From: an uncultured virus (IMG/VR IMGVR_UViG_3300042446_001322)
Lineage: Duplodnaviria; Heunggongvirae; Uroviricota; Caudoviricetes
Virus record (IMG/VR): IMGVR_UViG_3300042446_001322
Direction: 5' to 3' (one strand)
Length of the DNA stretch: 64,000 nt
In this document: in pieces, positions 47,501 through 55,165 of the stretch
How the letters are laid out: each line of letters begins with the position of its first letter
Position numbering within the stretch: position 1 is the stretch's first letter
Notes under the pieces: model-generated
Seen by the model: the letters and a program-made list of their open reading frames with translations, nothing else
What the model was told of the DNA's origin: nothing
The model's database searches: none
Translations under genes and position numbers: made by a program

Positions 47501-49868
47501 TATACAAGCAGGTATAGGTTTACCAGTTAATATGACATCAGGTAAAACTAATGAATTTAATCTTAATATTGCAAGTCATTATGTTGGTATAAAAGTTAGA
47601 TTAAAAAATCAATATGGTCAACTTGATTCTCTTAAACAAATACCTATTACACCAGCAGAACAAAAATTAAATTATAATAATCAAAACATACCAGTAGTAT
47701 TTAGTAGTTTCTGGTGTACTATTAGTACTCCTTATGGTACTGCAGCTAAATTAGTTACTTTAGAAGTAATAACTCAAACCCCAGTATTATTTGGAGGAGA
47801 TGTTTATGTAAATAGATATACTGAAAAGAATAACATGTTCTTTTTCTATGATTGGTTATATGGTCAACCTGATGGTTATGAATATAATTATATTTTAAAA
47901 CATATGATTGCTGAACCAAGGTTCTGGGCTAATAGTGCAGAATATGATGTAGGTGATCTTACACCAGGTTCAATTGCAGATTTACTTGATCCACCTCCTG
48001 GAACAGGACTTTTACCAACAGGTTTTTATAATTTAGATTACTATGTAGGTGACTTACGTAAATATGATTATAATCAAGATCAACCAACAGGTTCTCCAGA
48101 TAAATATCCTGGAATCTTTGGTGCTAAAGATTCATATTTTTATTTAGCTAATTCTTCAGTAAGAGATTTCTTTGTTGAGTCAGATGTAATAGTAGATTTT
48201 AGACAACCTGGTTTAGAAACTTGGCAAAAAAATTATGATGTAAATACATATACCAATTTACCAGAAATGTTTAATATGGACCCTAATACAATAACACTGG
48301 GTAACTATTATGCATATGACTATTCATTAAGTATATCTAAAGTATTTACACAATATTTTTCACAAGGTAATCTTCAATCAAGATATTATGATCCTAATGT
48401 ATCTCAGTTATGTTATACTTACTATCCTGATAGAGTAGTATATTCATTACCACAACAAAATGAATCATCAAAAGATTCATGGTTTGTATATTTAGTAAAT
48501 AACTATAAAGAATTTAAAAATAGAATTACTAGTATAAAACCTTATGCTAAGACTGGTATGTTTATTACATTCCAAAATGCTAGTCCATTAATGTATCAAG
48601 GTGTAGATACTCTTACAACTGAGTTGGGTACCAAACTTACTATAGGTGATGGTGGTTTATTTGCTAACCCTCCTCAGAATGTTACTATATCAGATGTACA
48701 GTATGAGTATGGTTCTTCTCAAAATAAATTTGGTGTTATTGGAACTCCTGCTGGCATGTATTATATGTCTCAAAATCAAGGAAGAGTATTTTCATTTACT
48801 CAAAATTTAACAGAAATATCTCAAGCAGGTATGAAATGGTGGTTTAGTTTATTCTTACCATATAAACTTACTGAAGATTTTCCAGAATATCCACATACAG
48901 ATAATCCTGTAGCAGGTATTGGTACTCAAGCAGTATATGATAATTATAACGGTGTTATATATTTCTGTAAAAAAGATTATAAACTAAGACCTGAATATAT
49001 AGGTAAAGTAGTATATGTTTCTTATGGTGATTATTTCTTAGTAAATGGTTCAGCAAAAGTAGAATTAGGTAATCCACTTATATTTGAAAATGCTTCATGG
49101 ACCACAAGTTTTGACCCTAAAAATCAACATTGGATATCTTTCCATGACTGGCATCCAGATTTTGTATTACCAGCAAGACAATATTTTGCAACAACTAAAG
49201 GAGGTAAGGTATGGAAACATAATGCAGTATGTAACAGTTACTGTAATTTCTATGGTGTTCAACATCCATTTGAAGTTGAAATACCCCTTATTACGGGACA
49301 AACAGTTACCACTCTAAAATCTATAGAGTATATACTTGAATGCTATAAGAATCATTCTAATAACTGTGTAGATCAATTCCATGTGTTAGATTATAATTTT
49401 GATAAAGCAGTAATATTTAATTCAGAACAAGTATCAGGATACTTAAATCTTAATATTTTTCCTAAGAATAATATTACTCTAGCTAATACATATCCAATTA
49501 TTAATCCTACATCTATAGATATATTATTCTCTAAAGAAGAAAATAAATATAGATTTAATCAATTCTGGGATATAACAAGAAATAGAGGTGAGTTTCCAGT
49601 TGGATCTAATTATCCTCCAACAGGACCATTAGTTCCTGGTACTACAGTATTAGCAGGAAGTTATGATCAAGAATCAATATGGGTAACACAGTCTAATGGA
49701 TATATAAAAACATTAACTCCAACAAATTTGAATTATAATAAAACAGAGCTACAAAGAAAAAAATTCAGAAATTATTTAAATTTTTTATATTTAAGCAGAA
49801 CTGATTCAAAAGATGTTAATATGATTATTAAATTGAGTAATAGTAAAAATCAAATATCACTAAGATAA
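44580..49868 (+). CDS. Tail muzzle/stabilisation protein
   Basis: 1762 aa; FIKGLNKD...ARN N-terminus, beta-propeller-like regions, WISFHDW; crAss-like synteny. Confidence 0.75.
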   Translation: MAKKNIQDTGQNKTNTFIKGLNKDSDPTFVSEGMWTHARNAVNNTLEGNVGTLSNETSNVFCAEAGATLGGKKYIIGAIHLYSDKWILFTVAHPSSGVGAATGHEIGLFEEDTCRYRIIVQDTCLNFDKQFLITGASREKEDCSWSVYFADGNNPDRYLNVGDDALWPSSDYIWIGNNTYANGSGVNIQWPGVQWDQECKDENGIVVPAPGGYIPVGCIICKDLTTLNCEALRLARLMNTPTIQVEPGVGGGVLRNGSYFATLAYTIKGQRVTDYFSPSNTQPIWNVNDVQGSIDILITADSTHFDEFELVVVQIINQGAVAKRIGLYSTNTSVVHLDQIKDDLITIPIEFLPLRTPVYETSDQITEVNTYLLRIAPRSKFDFNYQPLANQIRSQWVSVEYPADYYVKGGSNTSYLRDEVYAFFIRWVYSTGDKSSSYHIPGRAPTQYGATFETDPATGIDVLDTTDRVFEVYNTATLGGLPPVTTLPDGGIIKAQGRMGYWESTEKYPDNRDDIWNASSQCWSGTTDPQFDLCAKPIRHHKFPDNITQGSLLTNHYSQGGNGIRLMGVNFTNIFLPKDNDGNDIPGIVGYEILRGSREGNRSIIAKGMVNNMRTYDIKGNSAGNRIGLYPNYPFNTITPLSSLLGGNVSGVNDPYIRLTNSNDQIVDQIIPTNLMTFHSPDTNFRNPYLSVTELKIYGSLRGTSIQYFQEPNNHPKFKLLADIAVAAGILAGVIEVALQQGGKWTINENTSTPGTGAGDIVGAVSRTAGGIFQPIKSAYDATVSAYLTSGGFLLDSVNPIGDPIYQLFNIPYQAAAGVAAAAGAISINGKSYTKDIPKYKYAGPFGIANFIQQSFFYFSEGANTTIRLIYALIPYRQYALQAIAEGYYSSFAAPIAGNRQRFNIEDSLYLKNNIQSIKPFSGISYIINNLQRQTTVTLRTTNNLNQNFGPDFITDPSSPTGLADTSLVTLGTAIQAGIGLPVNMTSGKTNEFNLNIASHYVGIKVRLKNQYGQLDSLKQIPITPAEQKLNYNNQNIPVVFSSFWCTISTPYGTAAKLVTLEVITQTPVLFGGDVYVNRYTEKNNMFFFYDWLYGQPDGYEYNYILKHMIAEPRFWANSAEYDVGDLTPGSIADLLDPPPGTGLLPTGFYNLDYYVGDLRKYDYNQDQPTGSPDKYPGIFGAKDSYFYLANSSVRDFFVESDVIVDFRQPGLETWQKNYDVNTYTNLPEMFNMDPNTITLGNYYAYDYSLSISKVFTQYFSQGNLQSRYYDPNVSQLCYTYYPDRVVYSLPQQNESSKDSWFVYLVNNYKEFKNRITSIKPYAKTGMFITFQNASPLMYQGVDTLTTELGTKLTIGDGGLFANPPQNVTISDVQYEYGSSQNKFGVIGTPAGMYYMSQNQGRVFSFTQNLTEISQAGMKWWFSLFLPYKLTEDFPEYPHTDNPVAGIGTQAVYDNYNGVIYFCKKDYKLRPEYIGKVVYVSYGDYFLVNGSAKVELGNPLIFENASWTTSFDPKNQHWISFHDWHPDFVLPARQYFATTKGGKVWKHNAVCNSYCNFYGVQHPFEVEIPLITGQTVTTLKSIEYILECYKNHSNNCVDQFHVLDYNFDKAVIFNSEQVSGYLNLNIFPKNNITLANTYPIINPTSIDILFSKEENKYRFNQFWDITRNRGEFPVGSNYPPTGPLVPGTTVLAGSYDQESIWVTQSNGYIKTLTPTNLNYNKTELQRKKFRNYLNFLYLSRTDSKDVNMIIKLSNSKNQISLR

Positions 49869-52573
49869 TGGGATTTAATAAAAAAGTATTATCTAAAGCT
49901 GTATCAGAATTAGATAAAGCAAAAGCACCAGCAAAGCCAAGAGATATAACTGTTGATCCTATGGGTTATTGGAATCCTGCTAATCAAGGTCAACCAGTAA
50001 GAATCCCTGGTAATGATATTACTATGCAAGGTGTACCTTATCCTGTATGGGCTCAACCTAATGTAGGTCCTGGATCAATGATGCAGCCTAATCAAGATTA
50101 TAACTTTCCTGGTGCATCTTATGTAGATGAAACACCTATGGCAAAAAAGGGTGGTACTCTTCAAAGCAAAAAGTATTCTAAGAGTATGTCTGCTACTAAT
50201 AAACTCTTTGCTAAGAATAAGTTATTCCAAAATAAAAAGAGTAAGATATTTGATCCTAATGCTGAGTTTAAAACAGGAGGTTCTAAACTTGGTACTATTA
50301 ATCTTAATCCTAATCCATTAAGTCACTATGAATTAAATTATGGTTTTAATTTACCTACTGAAGAAGATGGTGGAGAAGCTGATTATGAAGACCAAGATCT
50401 TACTGATGAAGAGATACAAGCATATAGAGATGCAGGATATGAAATAGAAGAATTACCAGAAGCACAAGTAGGTGGTCCACAAAATACTGCAGGTCCAAGA
50501 GCAGAAGAAATATCTACTAATGTAGATGCTATGAATGCAATGATGAAAGCTAGAATGGCTACAGATGCTGCATTTGGAAATTCATCAGCTCAAAGAATGA
50601 TTTCTCCTAATCCTAAAACTTATGATTTTGGGAATGGAAATTTAGGTACACATTTTATGGCTTCCATGGGAAATCAAGCAGTACCATTGTTACAAGATAA
50701 AGGTGGTAATGAATTAGAATATAATGAAAACCCTCCTCCAAGTAATGAAGATATGAATTTCAGAACTCCTGAAGAAGCTCAATATTTTGCGGAACACTAT
50801 AAAGAAGTGGCACCAATGATGAAAGGATTTAAGAAGGGTGGTTATGTACAACATGAACTTGCTAAAGCACAAAAAGGTGAAGAAAAACAAGATCCTGATA
50901 TTTCTTTAGAAGATTATTTAAAACTATATGAAAACTCTTTAGCTTTAGAAAAAGGCATTACAAGTATGCCTAATTATAAATTAGAAAATACTGATACTAA
51001 TGTAGATGATTATTTAAAACAATTAGAAACAGCAAGAAATAATTGGCTTGAATATGACACAGTTCATAATAAAAATAGAAAAGAAATACAAGACCGTTTA
51101 AATGATAAAAAATCTCCACCAACAGAAAAAAATAGGATAGCATTTGAAAAGATATTAAAAGAAAAATTACAACCTAGAGAAATTCAGGATTATTATACTG
51201 TTGTATCACCAAATAATTTTTATCAAAGAGATATCACAAATGCTTTTGTAAATAAAGAGTTTACACCTGCATATTATGATTCTAGAATAAAACCTTCTTC
51301 AAGAAATACTTATTATGGCTACCGTCCAGGACGAGATGGTACTGAGGAAACATTTGATAAAATTGAATTATATAAATATGATCCAGTTGAAGTTAAAAAA
51401 CAAGCTTTATTAAAATATACTGATTCTGAAGAAGCTTTTCAAAATGCTTTAAATAAATCTACAGGCAATGATATAACTCCATTAAAACGTATACAATATG
51501 CACAATCTGTGCAACCCAAACAAGAAATAATACCTGCTGTACCATATGTAAAACTTAAACATTATAGAGATTGGAATCCTACTGGTTATCATGGTGAAAA
51601 TATAGAAATGCCAGAAGGATATACTCAACAAGATGTTGAAAAAGAAATAAGAAAAAGGCAATCAGCAGAATATGATAAAAGAGCATTAGAGTATCAACAA
51701 CAAGAAAAAGCTAAAATTACTAAAAGATTAAAACCAGTAGGTCTTACTGAAAATTTTAAAGAAGGTGGAACACTAGTTAAAGCACAGAATGGTAAAACAG
51801 TAAAACCATTATTAATATCAGATCCTAAAAAGTATGCTTATAGAAAAACTGCATATGATGACAGTTTAAAAATATATAATATTGATAAAAATGTAATAGA
51901 TTTATCTAAAAAAAATGCAATTGGTAATTTACCAGATGATGTATATTTTAATAATGCAAAATTAATTATGAATTATCAGGATCAAATTAATAAAATAAAA
52001 AAAAATTCAAAAGTAAAACATAATATGGTAAAACTCCCTGGTAATCAAATTAAAGGGGATATTGCAAAAGGTTATAAAAAACCTGTAGAACCAGTAAACT
52101 ATATACAATCATTACAACCAATAGATAAAAAACCTGTAAAGCATATACCTCCCAAAAATGTTGTTATAAATAAACCTGCTCCTGCTGTACAAGAAAACAA
52201 TATAGTAGGTACTTTAGTTCCAAGAATCATACAACAATTTGTAACACCAAATACTGAGTTACAACCTACTAATTTTCAAACAATACCTAAGAAACCACAA
52301 GGTCCAAGATACGGTACATTAGCTGGTGATGAGAATTTAAACTTACCTGAGAACTACACTCAACAACAAAGAGAAGCAGCTAGAAAAAAAAGAGATGCTG
52401 ATGAGTTTACAAGAAAAACATTAGAGTATCAAGCTAAACAACGTGGTACAAAGGCACCTATAGCACAGATGTTTCAAAAAGGTGGTGATGTTGAATCTTG
52501 GGAAGATGAACTAGATGATGATGAAATTAAAGCCTTAGAAGCAGCAGGATATACTATAGAAAGAATTAAATAA
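49868..52573 (+). CDS. Modular cargo-like protein punctuated by xxGG motifs
   Basis: IPGNDITM...FPGASYVDETPMAKKGG domain; internal duplications. Confidence 0.6.
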   Translation: MGFNKKVLSKAVSELDKAKAPAKPRDITVDPMGYWNPANQGQPVRIPGNDITMQGVPYPVWAQPNVGPGSMMQPNQDYNFPGASYVDETPMAKKGGTLQSKKYSKSMSATNKLFAKNKLFQNKKSKIFDPNAEFKTGGSKLGTINLNPNPLSHYELNYGFNLPTEEDGGEADYEDQDLTDEEIQAYRDAGYEIEELPEAQVGGPQNTAGPRAEEISTNVDAMNAMMKARMATDAAFGNSSAQRMISPNPKTYDFGNGNLGTHFMASMGNQAVPLLQDKGGNELEYNENPPPSNEDMNFRTPEEAQYFAEHYKEVAPMMKGFKKGGYVQHELAKAQKGEEKQDPDISLEDYLKLYENSLALEKGITSMPNYKLENTDTNVDDYLKQLETARNNWLEYDTVHNKNRKEIQDRLNDKKSPPTEKNRIAFEKILKEKLQPREIQDYYTVVSPNNFYQRDITNAFVNKEFTPAYYDSRIKPSSRNTYYGYRPGRDGTEETFDKIELYKYDPVEVKKQALLKYTDSEEAFQNALNKSTGNDITPLKRIQYAQSVQPKQEIIPAVPYVKLKHYRDWNPTGYHGENIEMPEGYTQQDVEKEIRKRQSAEYDKRALEYQQQEKAKITKRLKPVGLTENFKEGGTLVKAQNGKTVKPLLISDPKKYAYRKTAYDDSLKIYNIDKNVIDLSKKNAIGNLPDDVYFNNAKLIMNYQDQINKIKKNSKVKHNMVKLPGNQIKGDIAKGYKKPVEPVNYIQSLQPIDKKPVKHIPPKNVVINKPAPAVQENNIVGTLVPRIIQQFVTPNTELQPTNFQTIPKKPQGPRYGTLAGDENLNLPENYTQQQREAARKKRDADEFTRKTLEYQAKQRGTKAPIAQMFQKGGDVESWEDELDDDEIKALEAAGYTIERIK

Positions 52574-52615
52574 ACTTTTAATGTTTATTCAGTAAACCAA
52601 AAATTATTATATTTA
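52571..52615 (+). promoter_or_regulatory. Operator-like TAAAC-N7-GTTTA (52571-52587) and TATATTTA box (52608-52615)
   Basis: taaacttttaatgttta. Confidence 0.55.
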
Positions 52616-52633
52616 ATATATATTACATGTTAT

Positions 52634-55156
52634 ATGAAAAAGAGAGTAAGAATATATAAAAAAGGAGGTCAGTCAAATGCACCTACTCAAGAACAAATAT
52701 ATAAACATATTGCTGATAGAATGTCTGCAGAAGATTATGACGGTGATGCTGATACTATTTTACAAGAATTAACACAAGTTGGTATAGATCCTCAGACTGC
52801 TGATAGTTACATTACTGAAGTAGGTGATTATCTTGAACAAAATAATTCTGCTCAATCTGCTGAACAAGAACAACTTAGTGCAGAAGAAGCACAAGCACAG
52901 GCTGAAGAAGAACAAGCAACAATTGAAGCACAAAATGCAGCAGAAGAAGAAGCAAGAAAAGCTCAATTATATGCAATGTATAATACTGATACAGAAGAAA
53001 CTACTCAAGATGATAATGCAGATGAAGAAATCATTATGAGACAAGGTGGTTCTAAACCAAGTAAAAGAAGTTTTATTAATCAATATACTAAACTTGCTAA
53101 AAGACAACAAGGTGGAAACACACCTTCTCCAGGAGCAGATGATGTACTTGGTGGTAGAGAAGAACATGTAAGTAATTTCTTTAAAGGTATAGGTGAATCA
53201 GTTACTTCAGCACAACAAAAACAAGCAGCTGAAGAACAATATAATGCTATATACGGTAATCCACAAGTTGGTGCATATGCACAAGATGGTGGTATACAGC
53301 AAGAACAAATAGATACCGAAAGCCCGTTAGATCATTGGAGTAAACAAGGTGCTGCTACAAGACATATATTTTCTGATAATATGTATACTCAAAATGATGT
53401 TGCAGCATTAGAACAATATGGAGGTAATACAGGTCAAGGTCTATATAAATTTATAGGAGGAGGTGATAATGAATCAGCAGATGAACAATATCAAGATTCT
53501 GATTTAGATTATCAAAGATATGCTAAACGTGGCGGAACTTTAAATAAATATCAAGATAAAGGAGAAGTTAAACCTAATCTTTATAATCCTACCACAGGAG
53601 TTTTATATACACCTGAGGAACTTGCTGCTAACAAAACATTAGCAGATAAAGAACTAGCAGATAAAACTGCAACTCCTACAGATACTGAAGATTATAAAAA
53701 AAAGTATAATGAATTAATTAATCAAAATACTACTGATGCTCAAAAACAGCAACAAATGATGCAACAGTATATGATGCAACAGTACATGCAACAAATGGGT
53801 AATCAAGGTATGTTTAGATCTCCTATTATTAGTAGAGGTGAACAATATAATAAAGCTGTTGGTTCTCCATACTATACTCAATCAGGTGAAAGATATACAG
53901 GACCAGATCTTGCCGGTAGATTACCATCAAGTGTAAATGTAGATAAATATGGTATATTTGGTAGACCTAAAAAAATGACATATAACTATGGTGATAATGA
54001 AAATTCATCTTCTACTGTTCCTCCATTAATTAAAATGCCAGAAAATGGAGAGTCAGAAGATGCACCATATAGAGGTAAAACTTTTGGTGAAAGATTAGGT
54101 AGAGGAATGGTGAATACAAAAATACCAGGAATACAACAACTTGGAGCTAAACTAATACCCTCTAATTTTGATTATGATGGTTCTAATAACCTTACTGAAT
54201 CTTCAAGAAATAGTCCATTAGTTACTAGTAATGAACCTTATTATCCGCCTATGAGCCCAAGAGCTCAAAGAAGAGAAAATAGAGATGATAGACAGTTAAA
54301 TAGATTTCTTGGTAATAATAATTTTACAAATTCAAATCCTGAATCTGAATTTATTAATACACCAGAAAATCAAAAACAAATTGATCAAGCAAAAAAAATT
54401 GAAGCATTAGCAGCTGGTAGTACAAATTCTAATTTATCAGATGATCAAAATGCATATCAAGATTTTTTAATTAGACATCAAGGACCAGCATATAAAGAAT
54501 ATGGTGGACCAATTGATTATACTCAATATGCTTATGGAGGAGATATATCTGTACCAGAATTATATAGAGCTCAAGTAGGTACTCAAGTAGCAGTTGATCC
54601 TAATGCTAATAATATGAGTTTTGCAAATCTTCAAGGATTTTTTGCTGGAACAGGTGCTGTAGATGCAGAGGGTAATACAGTTGATGCAACACTTCCTGAA
54701 AGTATGCAAGTTGATAATATTACAATTGATCCTAATCAACCAAATAGAGCACCAATAACTGATACTCCAGAAGGTGTTTCTCAAAAGTTTAGAAATAAAC
54801 AAGCTTGGGATATTGATAAAGCAGGAATTGGAGATTTAAGTTTATTAGCAGCTAATGCTTTTGCAAATACTGCTGATGAAGTTAGAGCTAATAGACAAGA
54901 GAATCAAATGTTAGAAAATATAACATCTGCTGAAACTAATTTTGGTATTAATAATACTTATGATCAAGGAGACTATGATCCTAACTCAGGTTTATTTAGG
55001 CCAAATAAAATGGGATTCAATGGTGTTTCAAAATATGGTGGAGGAGTTTATGCTATGGGTGGAAACACTGAAGATGAAAATGAAGATACTCAATACATGA
55101 CTCAAGAAGAAATAGATGACTTCATTGCTAATGGAGGTGAATTAGAATACTTATAA
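52634..55156 (+). CDS. Acidic Q/N-rich cargo-like protein with many xxGG motifs
   Basis: Low-complexity; about 12 motifs. Confidence 0.6.
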   Translation: MKKRVRIYKKGGQSNAPTQEQIYKHIADRMSAEDYDGDADTILQELTQVGIDPQTADSYITEVGDYLEQNNSAQSAEQEQLSAEEAQAQAEEEQATIEAQNAAEEEARKAQLYAMYNTDTEETTQDDNADEEIIMRQGGSKPSKRSFINQYTKLAKRQQGGNTPSPGADDVLGGREEHVSNFFKGIGESVTSAQQKQAAEEQYNAIYGNPQVGAYAQDGGIQQEQIDTESPLDHWSKQGAATRHIFSDNMYTQNDVAALEQYGGNTGQGLYKFIGGGDNESADEQYQDSDLDYQRYAKRGGTLNKYQDKGEVKPNLYNPTTGVLYTPEELAANKTLADKELADKTATPTDTEDYKKKYNELINQNTTDAQKQQQMMQQYMMQQYMQQMGNQGMFRSPIISRGEQYNKAVGSPYYTQSGERYTGPDLAGRLPSSVNVDKYGIFGRPKKMTYNYGDNENSSSTVPPLIKMPENGESEDAPYRGKTFGERLGRGMVNTKIPGIQQLGAKLIPSNFDYDGSNNLTESSRNSPLVTSNEPYYPPMSPRAQRRENRDDRQLNRFLGNNNFTNSNPESEFINTPENQKQIDQAKKIEALAAGSTNSNLSDDQNAYQDFLIRHQGPAYKEYGGPIDYTQYAYGGDISVPELYRAQVGTQVAVDPNANNMSFANLQGFFAGTGAVDAEGNTVDATLPESMQVDNITIDPNQPNRAPITDTPEGVSQKFRNKQAWDIDKAGIGDLSLLAANAFANTADEVRANRQENQMLENITSAETNFGINNTYDQGDYDPNSGLFRPNKMGFNGVSKYGGGVYAMGGNTEDENEDTQYMTQEEIDDFIANGGELEYL

Positions 55157-55165
55157 TTTTATATT

